NCBI GenBank assembly: GCA_963739595.1
Contig: CAVUBA010000013.1
Coordinates: 335 to 64,334, forward strand
Length of the DNA stretch: 64,000 nucleotides
Direction of reading: 5' to 3'
Origin: an uncultured Thermoleophilia bacterium
Lineage (GTDB): Bacteria; Actinomycetota; Thermoleophilia; UBA2241
Shown: positions 8,989 to 21,551 of the stretch, piece by piece
How positions within the stretch are numbered: the stretch's first letter is position 1
Layout of the letters: the number at the start of each line of letters is the position of its first letter
Position numbers and translations under genes: made by a program
Notes under the pieces: model-generated
What the model was told of the DNA's origin: nothing
Databases searched by the model: none
Seen by the model: the letters and a program-made list of their open reading frames with translations, nothing else

Positions 8989-10091
8989 CCCCGCCGTCAT
9001 CGTCCTCGAGGACGGCGTCACCTTCGCCGGCGAGGCGCTCGCCGGCTCCGGGTCCGTGGGCGGCGAGCTCGTCTTCAACACCAGCATGGCCGGCTACCAG
9101 GAGATCGCCACCGACCCGTCCTACTGCGGCCAGCTCATCACCTACACGTTCCCGATGAACGGCAACTACGGCGCCGACGCGGACCGCGACGAGTCCGGCA
9201 AGGCGCACGCCCGGGCGATCATCGCCCGGGAGCTCACCAACTACCGCTTCAACCGCGCCTCGCGACAGACGTGGCTCGACTGGCTGGCCGAGCACGGCGT
9301 GCTGGCCGTGAGCGGCGTCGACACGCGCGCCCTCACGCGGCACATCCGCGACGCAGGGCGCGCTGCGCGCGGTCGTGAGCACGGACGTGCGGGACGTCAA
9401 GCACCTGCGCAAGGCCGCCCAGGGACTGCCCGCGATGGGCGGCCTCGACCTGGCCAAGGTCGTCACCTGCGAGAGCGCGTACGAGGCGCCGGCTCCCGAA
9501 GGGGCGCCGGCGCCCGACCTCCACGTCGTCGCCTACGACTACGGCATCAAGCGCTCGATGCTCGGCTACCTCGCCGGGTGCGGGTTCCGCGTCACCGTGG
9601 TGCCCGCCAACACCAGCGCCCAGAAGGTGCTCAAGCTGGCGCCGGACGGGGTGTTCCTCAGCAACGGGCCCGGCGACCCGGCGGCCGTCACCTACGCCGT
9701 CAAGGCCATCGAGCGCCTGCTCGGCAAGGTGCCCGTGTTCGGCATCTGCCTCGGCCACCAGCTCCTGGCGCAGGCGCTCGGCCTCAAGACCTTCAAGCTC
9801 AAGTTCGGCCACCGCGGCGCCAACCACCCGGTCAAGGACCTGCGCACCGGCGTCATCGAGATCACGACCCAGAACCACGGGTTCGCGGTGCGGGACGAGG
9901 CCGTCCCCGGCGCCGAGATCACCCACGTCAACCTGAACGACGGCACCGTCGAAGGCGTCGCGGCGCCGCGGCAAGTTCGCGTTCTCGGTGCAGTACCACC
10001 CCGAGTCCACGCCGGGGCCGCACGACTCGCTCTACCTGTTCGACCGGTTCCGCGACGAGATCGACCGGTTCAAGCGGGGAGGGGAGGCCTG

Positions 10092-10092
<1 letters not shown>
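8975..10092 (+). CDS. carA: carbamoyl-phosphate synthase small (glutaminase) subunit; 2 frame changes
   Basis: N-terminus in ORF 8975.. ([34 protein letters not shown]). Middle in ORF 9375.. ([22 protein letters not shown]). C-terminus [23 protein letters not shown] in a third frame, ending at TGA 10090-10092. Frame changes near 9360 and 9970. Confidence 0.88.
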
Positions 10093-13285
<3,193 letters not shown>

Positions 13286-13287
13286 GC

Positions 13288-14079
13288 ATGAGCGGCGCTG
13301 ACGCACAGACCTCGGCGACCACTCGCAGTGGGCGGAGACGTCCCACTGCCGGGTCGCCGGCGTGCGTCACTTCGGCGCCTTCGCCGCGCTCGAGCTCATC
13401 GCGCCGCGCGTCGCGCGGCGCGCGGCCCCCGGGCAGTTCGTCATGGTCACCGTGCCCGGGGGAGGCTTCCTGCTGCGCCGTCCCATCTCGCTGTTCGCCG
13501 CGCACGGTGACCGGATCAGCCTGCTCATCGAGGCGCGCGGCGCCGGCAGCGAACGGCTCACGCAGCTCGACGTCGGCGACGCGGTCGATGTCGCCGGTCC
13601 GCTCGGCAGCCGCGTTCCCGACGGAGGGCGTCACCAACGCGCTGCTCGTCGGCGGCGGCATCGGCTGTGCGCCGCTCCAGTACCTGGCGGACGAGCTGGC
13701 GGCGGCGGGCGCCCACGTCACCGCCGCCTTCGGCTTCCGCGACTTCCGCGCCGCTCGCGCGGCCGGCGCCTTCAGCATCGAGCGGCTCTGGGTCGCGACC
13801 GAGGACGGCAGCGTGGGGAAGGCCGGCACCGTGCTCCACCTGCTCGCCGCGCTCGACGTCGCGCCCGGGACCACCGTGTACACCTGCGGTCCCAACCCCA
13901 TGATCGCCGCCATCCAGCGATGGACGTTCGCGGAGGGGCTGCGCGGCTACGTCTCGCTCGAGGCCCACATGGCCTGCGGCACCGGCTCGTGCCACGGCTG
14001 CGTGGTCGACACGGCGCGCGGCAAGCTGCGCGTCTGCAGCGAGGGCCCGGTCTTCAGGCTCGACGAGGTGACGCCGTGA
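13288..14079 (+). CDS. pyrK: dihydroorotate dehydrogenase electron-transfer subunit (type 1B); 2 frame changes
   Basis: ATG 13288. [30 protein letters not shown] lies in ORF 13362... [17 protein letters not shown].. and the 2Fe-2S motif [13 protein letters not shown] lie in the tail of ORF 10657..14079. Frame changes near 13310 and 13615. Confidence 0.85.
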   Translation: MSGADAQTSATTRSGRRRPTAGSPACVTSAPSPRSSSSRRASRGARPPGSSSWSPCPGEASCCAVPSRCSPRTVTGSACSSRRAAPAANGSRSSTSATRSMSPVRSAAAFPTEGVTNALLVGGGIGCAPLQYLADELAAAGAHVTAAFGFRDFRAARAAGAFSIERLWVATEDGSVGKAGTVLHLLAALDVAPGTTVYTCGPNPMIAAIQRWTFAEGLRGYVSLEAHMACGTGSCHGCVVDTARGKLRVCSEGPVFRLDEVTP

Positions 14080-15046
14080 ATGACCGCCGCGGCGCGCTCG
14101 ACCTCGTCCGTGCGGCTCGGCCCCCTCGTCCTCGAGCACCCGCTCGTCGACGCCTCGGGCACGTTCGACCTGCTCGAGTACGCGCGCCGCTACGACGGCG
14201 ACTACTTCGCCGACTTCCCGTACGCGGCGTACGTCCCCAAGACGGTCACCGCCGACGCGCGGACCGGCAACCCGGCGCCGCGCGTCACCGAGACGCCGGC
14301 CGGCATGATCAACGCCATCGGCCTCGAGAACCCGGGCATCCACGCGTGGATCGGCCAGCTGCCCGAGTGGGCGACGCTGCGGCAGCCGGTGATCGTGAGC
14401 GTCGGCGGCAACGAGCCCGGCGCAGTACGCGGCCGTGGTCGCAGCGCTCGAGGCGCACCTGGCCGAAGCGCCCGCCGGCACGGCCCCGCGCATCGAGGGC
14501 TACGAGCTCAACGTCTCCTGCCCCAACGTCTCGAGCGGCCTGCAGATCGGCGCCGACCCGGCCGCCACCGCGGAGGTCGTCGCCGCCTGCCGCGAGGCCA
14601 CGGACCGGTTCCTGCTCGCCAAGCTCACGCCCAACGTCCGCGACGTCACCGAGGCCGGCGCGGCCGCGCTCGGCGCCGGCGCCGACGGCCTCTCGCTGGT
14701 CAACACCTTCAAGGCGCTCGTGCTCGACCGGCAGACGCTGAAGCCCTTCCTGGGCAACCGGACCGGCGGCCTGTGCGGCCCTGCGATCAAGCCCATCGCG
14801 CTGCGCATGGTCGCCGAGGTGGCGCAGGCGTTCCCGGACACGCCGATCGTCGGCATGGGCGGCGTGATGACGGGTCAGGACGCGCTCGAGTTCATCGCCT
14901 GCGGCGCCACGGCCGTGGCGGTGGGCGCCGCCAACTTCACCGCCTTCGAAGCGCCGCAGCGCATCCTGGCGGAGCTCCGCGACGAGCTCGAGGCCCACGG
15001 CTTCTCGTCCGTGGCCGAGGCGCGCGGCGCGGCGCTGCGCGCCTGA
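14080..15046 (+). CDS. pyrD: dihydroorotate dehydrogenase catalytic subunit (type 1B); 1 frame change
   Basis: ORF 14080.. (LGPLVLEHPLVDASGTF..TETPAGMINAIGLENPG) joins ORF 14435..15046 (YELNVSCPNV..GGLCGPAIKPIALRMV..IVGMGGV). Frame change near 14420. Confidence 0.88.
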
Positions 15047-15113
15047 TCGCCGCGCGCGGTCCGGCCGTCCAGGAAAAGTCCAGCTAGTCTACGCTTTTCC
15101 TGCCGCGGTCCTG

Positions 15114-15143
15114 TTGAACTGCGCGCGCGGCATCACATATACT
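15114..15143 (+). promoter_or_regulatory. candidate promoter TTGAAC-18 nt-TATACT giving a leaderless mihF mRNA
   Basis: -35 at 15114-15119 and -10 at 15138-15143. The mihF ATG (15152) lies 8 nt after the -10 element and has no SD. Confidence 0.5.
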
Positions 15144-15151
15144 CTCGCGCG

Positions 15152-15484
15152 ATGTCCGCCTCTTCCAAGCAGTTCAATACGGCTCCCGCGCGCTCGCTCG
15201 GCCAGCGCATGGACGCCCTCGGCAGGGCCAACGAGGTCCGCAGCCGCCGCGCTGCGCTCAAGTCCGACCTCAAGCACGGCAGCGTGAGCATCAACGAGAT
15301 CCTCGCCGCGCCGCCGGAGTTCCTGCTCACGGCCAAGGTCGCCGACCTCCTCATGGCCGCGCCCAAGTGCGGCCGCGTCAAGTCGGCGCGCATCATGGAG
15401 CAGTGCCGCATCAGCCCGAGCAAGACCGTCGGCGGTCTCTCGGAGCGCCAGCGGCACGAGCTGCTCGCCTACTTCGGAGGCTGA
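15152..15484 (+). CDS. mihF: actinobacterial integration host factor MihF
   Basis: Intact ORF 15152..15484, 110 aa (..RANEVRSRRAALKSDLKHG..ISPSKTVGGLSERQRHELLAYF). Canonical position upstream of gmk-rpoZ-coaBC. Confidence 0.85.
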   Translation: MSASSKQFNTAPARSLGQRMDALGRANEVRSRRAALKSDLKHGSVSINEILAAPPEFLLTAKVADLLMAAPKCGRVKSARIMEQCRISPSKTVGGLSERQRHELLAYFGG

Positions 15485-16049
15485 CGCATCCCCGCTGTCT
15501 TCGTCATCTCGGGGCCCTCGGGCGCCGGGAAGGGGACCGTCATCGCCCTCGTCCGCCAGCGCCTCGACGCGCGTCGTGACGTCCGTCTCGGCGACGACGC
15601 GCGCGCCGCGGCCCGGCGAAGTGGACGGCCGCGAGTACCACTTCCTCGACGAGGAGACGTTCCGGCACGCGGTCGCGTCGGGCGACTTCCTCGAGTGGGT
15701 AGAGTACAGTGGGAACCTGTACGGCACGCTCCGCAGCGAGGTCGAGGCCAAGCTGGCGGCGGGCGACGACGTGATCCTCGAGATCGAGCTCATCGGAGCA
15801 CGCGCGGTGCGCAGGACGATGCCAGAGGCGATCTCGGTGTTCATCGCACCGCCGAGCATGTCCGAACTCGCGGAACGGCTTCGCGGGCGCGGCACGGAGA
15901 CGGCGGCGGCCATCGCGAAGCGGCTGGACAGGGCGGAGACCGAGGTCGCCGCAGCAGAGGAATTCGACCACGTCGTGGTGAACGACGAGGCCGGGCGCGC
16001 CGCCGACGAGGTGGCCGCCATCATCGAAGCACAGAGGAGAGAAGACTAG
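15485..16049 (+). CDS. gmk: guanylate kinase; 1 frame change; start codon not resolved
   Basis: P-loop VFVISGPSGAGKGTVIALV is in frame 2 (15497..). SATTRAPRPGEVDGREYHF..FLEWVEYSGNLYGT is in ORF 15576..16049. Frame change near 15575. No ATG/GTG/TTG lies between the stop at 15482-15484 and the P-loop. Confidence 0.82.
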
Positions 16050-16291
16050 TGGACAAGCCCCGCATCGACGAGTTGCTGCCCCACGCGGACGGCTCTCGCT
16101 ACGAGCTGGTCATGATCGCCGCCAAGCGCGCGCGGCAGATCAACAACTACTACCACAGCCTCGGCGAGAACACCCTTGGGCTCGAAGAGCTCACGCCGCC
16201 GCTGATCACGACGCGCAGCACCAACCTGCTCACGATCGCCTTCGAGGAGATCGTCGACAACAAGATCGACCACGAGAATCCCGCCGACTGA
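16049..16291 (+). CDS. rpoZ: DNA-directed RNA polymerase subunit omega
   Basis: GTG 16049 overlaps the gmk stop. VDKPRIDELLPHADGSRYELVMIAAKRARQIN.., 80 aa (tail of ORF 15695..16291). Confidence 0.88.
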   Translation: MDKPRIDELLPHADGSRYELVMIAAKRARQINNYYHSLGENTLGLEELTPPLITTRSTNLLTIAFEEIVDNKIDHENPAD

Positions 16292-16298
16292 TCGAGCC

Positions 16299-17512
16299 GT
16301 GAGCGAGGCTCCCACCATCCATGCCGCCCGCACCGTGCTCGTCGGTGTCACGGGCGGCATCGCCATCTACAAGGCCGTGGAGCTCGTGCGCGGCCTCGTC
16401 AAGGACGGCTTCCAGCCGCTGGTCGTCACCACGGAGGCCGCCCAGCGCTTCGTGATGCCCCTGACGTTCGCGGCCGTCTCGCAGGCGCCGGTGCTCGACG
16501 ACCAGAGCGCCTGGCAGGCCAGCGGCGGCTGGTTCCAGCACATCGAGGCTGCCAGGAAGGCCAGCGTCATGGTCGTCGCTCCGGCGACGGCGAACACGCT
16601 GGCCAAGATGGCTGCCGGCATGGCCGACAACCTGCTGACGGCGATCTACCTCGCCTTCCGCGGTCCCGTGATCGTCGCGCCCACCATGAACTGGGCGATG
16701 AACGAGCATGCGGCCACGCGCGAGAACGTCCGCGTGCTCGCGGAGCGCGGGGTGGAAGTGCTGCCCACCGAAGAGGGAGAGCTCGCCTGCGGCGAAGAGG
16801 GCTCGGGCCGGATGGCCTCTCCCGACGCCATCCGCCTCGCCGTGCGCCGGGCGCTCGCCCGTTCCTCGTCGGGCGCTCTCGCCGGCAAGAAGGTCGTGGT
16901 CACCTCCGGCGGCACGCGGGAGCGCATCGACGCGGTGCGCTTCATCGGCAACCGCTCCAGCGGCAAGATGGGCCGCGCGGTCGCCGACGAGGCCTACCTG
17001 CGCGGCGCCGCGCGTCACGCTCGTGACGACGCAGCCGGCCGAGGGCGACGTCCTACGACGTCGTGCGCGTCGAGAGCGCAGCCGAGATGGCCGCGGCGGT
17101 CGGCGAGCAGGTGCGCGACGCCGACGTGCTCGTCATGGCCGCGGCCGTCGCCGACTTCCGGCCCCGGGACGAAGAGGGCGGCAAGATCGAGCGCGGCGAG
17201 CGCGAGTCGCTCACTCTCGAGCTCGTGCGCACGGTCGACGTGCTCGCCTCAACGGCCAGGCCCGGCCTGTACCGCGTCGGCTTCGCCGCCGAGGCCGGCC
17301 CGCGGCTCGACAGGGCGCGGGCCAAGAAGGCGGCCAAGGGCGTCGACCTGCTCGTGTTCAACGACATCCTCGCCGAGGGCGTCGGCATCGGCTCGGACGA
17401 GAACGAGATCACCATCCTCACGCCGGCCGGCGAAGTGCACGTGCCGCGGACGACGAAGACGGCCTGCGCGGCCGCCATCGCCGACCAGATCGAGGCGGGG
17501 CTGGCCCGATGA
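16299..17512 (+). CDS. coaBC: bifunctional phosphopantothenoylcysteine decarboxylase / phosphopantothenate-cysteine ligase; 2 frame changes
   Basis: ORF 16299.. (VLVGVTGGIAIYKAVELVR..VVAPATANTLAKMAAGMADNLL..TSGGTRERIDAVRFIGNRSSGKMG). Then RVTLVTTQPAE in the frame of ORF 16708... Then ORF 17063..17512 (VLVMAAAVADFRP..). Frame changes near 17010 and 17050. Confidence 0.88.
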
Positions 17513-18066
17513 CCATCGACCGCGCCCCCGTGCTCGCCGAGGTGCAGGCGCACGTGCAGAACGAGAACCTGCGCCGCCACATGCTCGCCACCGAGGCGAT
17601 CATGCGCGCGCTCGCGGCGCGTCTCGACGAGGACCCGGACGTGTGGGGCCTCACCGGCCTCGGCCACGACCTCGACGCCGAGGAGACGGAGCACGACATC
17701 GCCCGCCACGGCGCCCAGGCCGCCGAGACGCTTGGCGCGCTCGGCCTGCCGGAAGCGGCCACGCACGCCGTCGCGGCCCACAATCCGGACACGGGAGTCG
17801 TCGCGACGGAGCGCATCGACGTCGCGCTCATCGCCGCCGACCAGCTCAGCGGCCTCATCACGGCGGCGGCGCTGGTGCGCCCCGACAAGGACCTCGCCGG
17901 CGTCAAGGTCAAGTCGGTGCGCAAGCGGTACCGCGAAGGCGCCTTCGCGCGCGGCGTGGACCGGGAGTCCATCGCGCGCTGCGAGGAACTCGGCCTCGAG
18001 CTCGACGAGTTCTTCGCCCTCGGCCTCGAGGCGATGCAGGCCATCGCCCCCGAGCTCGGCCTCTGA
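17509..18066 (+). CDS. HD-superfamily phosphohydrolase (COG2316-like)
   Basis: Tail of ORF 16708..18066 from ATG 17509 (ATGA overlap with the coaBC stop). LRRHMLATEAIMRALA..GLTGLGHDLDAE..AVAAHN. 185 aa. Confidence 0.6.
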   Translation: MTIDRAPVLAEVQAHVQNENLRRHMLATEAIMRALAARLDEDPDVWGLTGLGHDLDAEETEHDIARHGAQAAETLGALGLPEAATHAVAAHNPDTGVVATERIDVALIAADQLSGLITAAALVRPDKDLAGVKVKSVRKRYREGAFARGVDRESIARCEELGLELDEFFALGLEAMQAIAPELGL

Positions 18067-18077
18067 GGGACCTGCTC

Positions 18078-18467
18078 GTGGAGCCGTCCGACCGTCCCAT
18101 CCCCGATTTCTGCGCCGAGAGCGAGGCCTACACGCTGTTCCGGCGCGGGGTCGACTTCCTCGAGGACGGGCATCCCGCGCAGGCCGCCATGTATCTCTCG
18201 CGGGCGCTCCGGCTGGAGCCCGGACGCAACTCGATCCGGGAGACGCTCGGGCGGGCGCAGTTCGCGGTCGGCCACTTCGAGCAGGCGGCCGAGCTGTTCG
18301 GCGCCGTCGTCGACGACGTGCCGGACTGCGACTACGCGCACTACGCGCTCGCCAGATGCCTGAAGGCCATGGGGCGCGGGGAAGAGGCGCGGGGACACCT
18401 GCGGCTGGCCCGCGCCCTGCACCCCCGGAGCGAGACCTACCGGCAGCGCCTCGACGGCGTCGACTGA
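18078..18467 (+). CDS. TPR-like repeat protein
   Basis: Tail of ORF 16299..18467 from GTG 18078. AEAYTLFRRGVDFLEDGHPAQAAMYLSRALRLEPGRNS..GHFEQAAELF..YALARCLKAMGRGEEA. 129 aa. Confidence 0.55.
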   Translation: MEPSDRPIPDFCAESEAYTLFRRGVDFLEDGHPAQAAMYLSRALRLEPGRNSIRETLGRAQFAVGHFEQAAELFGAVVDDVPDCDYAHYALARCLKAMGRGEEARGHLRLARALHPRSETYRQRLDGVD

Positions 18468-18471
18468 GCGA

Positions 18472-19558
18472 TCAGCCGGGCGGCGCGGGAGGTCCGGCGC
18501 GGCGCGGGGGCGGCGGCGGCGTCGGCGTGACCGGCTGGGCGGAGCGCCTGGGCGGCCGCGCCGCCCGCGGCCCTCCCGGGACCTGGGCGCCGGCGGGCCT
18601 GCGGCGGCCGGCCCCGCCCCCTCCGCCAGCGCTTCCGGCCCGACGTGGGCCATCTCCAGCAGGACGGCGATGCGCTGCTGGATGGGCGGGTGCGTGTCGA
18701 AGACGCCGGTGACTTCCTTGGTCTTCTTGAGCGGGTTGGCGATGTAGAGATGCGCCGTCGCCCGGTTGGCGTGGCGCAGGGGCGCCGGGTCTGAGGCGAT
18801 GCGTGTGAGCGCCCGAGCCAGGCCGAGCGGGTTGCGCGTGAGCTCGACGGCCGAGGCGTCTGCCAGGTACTCGCGCCGCCTCGACACCGCGAACTGCACG
18901 GCGTAGGCGGCCAGCGGCGCGAGGATGGCGAGCACGATGGCGACGATCGCGAGGATCGCCCCGGCCTGGTCGTTGCCGGAGCTGCCCCCGCGGCGGCGGC
19001 CCATGCCGCCCCAGAAGCTCCAGCGCAGGAAGAAGTCGGCGATCAGCGCGATCATCCCGACGAGGATCCCGACGAGCGTCTCGAAGCGGATGTCGTAGTT
19101 GCGGATGTGCGACATCTCGTGGGCGACGACGCCCTGGAGTTCCTCGCGGTCGAGGCGCTCGAGCAGGCCCGCGCGTCACCGCGATGGAGGCGTGCTGCGG
19201 GTCGCGCCCCGTGGCGAGCGCGTTGGGAGAGGCCTCGTCGAGGATGTACACGGCCGGCACCTGCGGCAGGCCGGCCGCGATCGTCATCTCCTCGACGACG
19301 TTGTAGAGCTGCGGCGCCTCGGTCGTGCGTCACCTGGCGGGCGCCGCTCGCGGTGAGCACGATCTTGTCGCCGGTGTAGTAGCCGATGATGCTCCAGGCG
19401 ATGGCGACGATGCCGAACACGCCGAGCAGCCCGATGCCGCCGGAGGTGCCGCCCATGGTGGCGTAGCCGATGGCGAAGCCGAGCATGGCCAGCAGGGCCA
19501 CGACGAGTCCCGCCAGCAGCCAGGAAGCCCGGCGGTTCTTGGCGATCTGTTCGTACAT
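18472..19558 (-). CDS. htpX: M48 family zinc metalloprotease HtpX-like; 2-3 frame changes; 3' end uncertain
   Basis: N-terminal TM part in ORF 19052..19558(-). [35 protein letters not shown] in ORF 18472..19287(-). HEXXH block [14 protein letters not shown] and [13 protein letters not shown] in ORF 17418..19115(-). Frame changes near 19322 and 19165, and probably one more in the C-terminal low-complexity tail. Confidence 0.82.
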
Positions 19559-19586
19559 GCCGGTCCGCGGCCGACGGGCCGCGCGC

Positions 19587-20147
19587 CTACCTCAGGTCGA
19601 CGGTCGGGACGGCCTTGTCGGTCTCCGGGACCTCGAAGAACTGCCGCGTGGTGAAGTTGAACATCCCGGCGATGAGGTTGGACGGGAACATCTGGATCTT
19701 GTTGTTGTAGGTGAGCACGCTGTCGTTGTAGAACTGCCGCGCGAAGGCGATCTTGTTCTCCGTGGAGGTCAGCTCTTCCTGAAGCTGCATGACGTTCTGG
19801 TTGGCCTTGAGGTCCGGGTAGTTCTCGGTCACGGCGAACAGGCTCTTGAGGGTGCCGGTGAGCGCGTTCTCGGCCTCAGCCACGGCCTGGGGGCCCTTGG
19901 CGCCGGCGTCGATGGCGGCGGCGCGCGCCTTGGTGACGTTGGTGAGCGTCTCCTGCTCGAAGGACATGTAGTCCTTGACGGCCTCGACCAGGTTGGGGAT
20001 GAGGTCGTGGCGGCGCTTGAGCTGGACGTCGATCTGGCTCCACGAGTTGTCTACCTGGTTGCGGCGCTTGACGAGGCTGTTGTACATCCCCGCCAGCACG
20101 GCCACGATCACGACCACGATGACGATGAGGACGATGACGGCGATCAA
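19587..20147 (-). CDS. lemA: LemA family membrane protein
   Basis: Intact ORF, 186 aa. N-terminal TM, then [46 protein letters not shown]. Upstream of htpX in the same orientation. Confidence 0.88.
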   Translation of the reverse strand: MIAVIVLIVIVVVIVAVLAGMYNSLVKRRNQVDNSWSQIDVQLKRRHDLIPNLVEAVKDYMSFEQETLTNVTKARAAAIDAGAKGPQAVAEAENALTGTLKSLFAVTENYPDLKANQNVMQLQEELTSTENKIAFARQFYNDSVLTYNNKIQMFPSNLIAGMFNFTTRQFFEVPETDKAVPTVDLR

Positions 20148-20221
20148 CCGGCGCTCCTTTCGTTGCTGCCACTACGTCCGTATTAGTGTACGCCACTGAA
20201 GGGAATCGACCACATGCTCGT

Positions 20222-20250
20222 TTGTACCTGTTGCAGCGGCTCACTATCCT
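20222..20250 (+). promoter_or_regulatory. candidate promoter TTGTAC-17 nt-TATCCT (leaderless start at 20258)
   Basis: -35 at 20222-20227 and -10 at 20245-20250. ATG 20258 lies 7 nt downstream with no SD. Confidence 0.4.
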
Positions 20251-20257
20251 TGGACCG

Positions 20258-21061
20258 ATGAACTCACGCGTGCGCAGACATCCTGCTCCTGGTCGCCGGC
20301 CTCGCCGTCGTGCTCGCGGCGGCCTTCGGCGGGTACGCCGCCGTCCGCGCCCGGGCCGCAGGGGTCGGGCACCAGCCAGGCGCTGGCGCCGGTGGCCAGG
20401 CCGACGCCGCCTCGCGCCCGGTGCGGTCGCGCCGCAGTACGACCGCTGGACGGTCGGCAAGGCCGTCAGCGCCCGTCACCGTGTACAAGCGCGCCGAGCG
20501 ACGTCCGCGCCGGTCCGACGCCAAGCTGGCGAAGGTCAATCAGAACGGCTACCCCACGCTCGTGCTCGTCGACTCCATCAAGGACGTCGGCGGCAGCGAT
20601 CTGGTACCGCGTCTGGCTGGCGGTACCACCCAACGAGACCCGCGGGTGGGTGCGCGGAGGGCAAGCTGGCCTTCTACACGACGACCGCCAAGATCGTCGA
20701 TCGACCTCTCGCAGCGCAAGCTCTCGCGTGTATCGCCGGGGGAGCCTGGTCGGAGACCTTCCCGGTCGCCGTCGGGCAGGCCCGGCCTGACCACACCCAC
20801 CGGGTCCTTCTTCATCAACCAGAAGCTCCGGCCGCCGACGCCGAGCGGCGCCTACGGCGTGCTGGCGCTCGGCATCAGCGCGTTCCAGCCCAAGCTGGCC
20901 TACTGGGCCGCAGGGCGGGCCGGTGGCGTATCCACGGCACCAACGAGCCGTGGCTGATCGGCAAGGCCATCAGCCACGGGTGCGTGCGCATGCAGAACAA
21001 GGACGTGCTCGAGGTGAGCAGGCTCGTGCCGGCGGGCAGCCCGGTCGAGATCGTCAAGTAG
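20258..21061 (+). pseudogene. YkuD-type L,D-transpeptidase; roughly 7-10 frame changes
   Basis: Conserved blocks alternate between the frames of ORFs 20186.., 20310.. and 20392... Blocks: [19 protein letters not shown]; [17 protein letters not shown]; [14 protein letters not shown]; IDLSQRKLS; VYRRGSLV; ETFPVAVGQ; [14 protein letters not shown]; catalytic [20 protein letters not shown]. Confidence 0.8.
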
Positions 21062-21076
21062 CGCCGGCCGCCGCTT

Positions 21077-21361
21077 CTACCAGTACTCTCCCTGGTGCAG
21101 CTTCATGTCGTGCGCCTTGCACTTGGGGCACGTGTAGGAGGCGGCCTTCTCGAGGAAGAAGAGCTCGCTGCCGCAGACCACGCAGCGGAACTCGTCCACG
21201 TGGATGTCGGCGCCGGTCATGTCGACCTCGACGATCGTGCCGCACTCCACGCAGTAGCCGGGCATGAACCGCTTGCGAGGGTCATACACGCTCACGCCCC
21301 AGCGGATGCGCTCGGCCTTGTAGCTGCACTGGCTGCATTCGAACGTGGTGTACTCGCCCAT
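21077..21361 (-). CDS. small double zinc-ribbon protein (four CxxC pairs), function unknown
   Basis: Part of ORF 21077..21601(-) from the internal ATG at 21361 (MGEYTTFECSQCSY..YCVECG..FRCVVCG..YTCPKCK..), 94 aa. SD GAGAGG upstream. Intact. Confidence 0.6.
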   Translation of the reverse strand: MGEYTTFECSQCSYKAERIRWGVSVYDPRKRFMPGYCVECGTIVEVDMTGADIHVDEFRCVVCGSELFFLEKAASYTCPKCKAHDMKLHQGEYW

Positions 21362-21438
21362 CGCCTGCCTCTCGCCCGGTCTGCCGTCTGTCAGTCTCCC
21401 TATCGGCAGAAACGGGCACGGCCTGAGCCGGCGCTCCC

Positions 21439-21468
21439 TTGGACGCCTTTCGAAACGGGTGCTATACT
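21439..21468 (+). promoter_or_regulatory. candidate promoter TTGGAC-18 nt-TATACT of the rimP-nusA-infB operon
   Basis: -35 at 21439-21444 and -10 at 21463-21468, in the divergent 190-nt gap. Confidence 0.45.
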
Positions 21469-21509
21469 TCTCGGGCTGTACAACACACCACGAGGCGGAC
21501 TCTTGCGTC

Positions 21510-21540
21510 AAAAGTCGGTGGCAACCGACTTTTCTCGTGT
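21510..21540 (+). promoter_or_regulatory. leader hairpin / possible attenuator upstream of rimP
   Basis: AAAAGUCGGU (21510-21519), loop GGCA, ACCGACUUUU (21524-21533): a perfect 10-bp stem running into UUUUCUCGUGUU, 12 nt before the rimP ATG. Confidence 0.45.
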
Positions 21541-21551
21541 TAGGGGTCGGT

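Noticed and set aside
15071-15083. GGAAAAGUCCAGC, which resembles the RNase P RNA P4 signature GGAAAGUCCGGGC
   Set aside because: The gap is only about 105 nt, far too short for RNase P RNA. The other conserved regions are absent. It is better explained as one arm of a local hairpin.
17418-18700. Extension of ORF 17418..19115(-) through the TPR and HD genes, which would give a 565-aa HtpX
   Set aside because: Beyond the peptidase core the product is Arg/Pro-rich nonsense antisense to well-supported + strand genes. The real htpX most likely ends near 18472 after another frame change.
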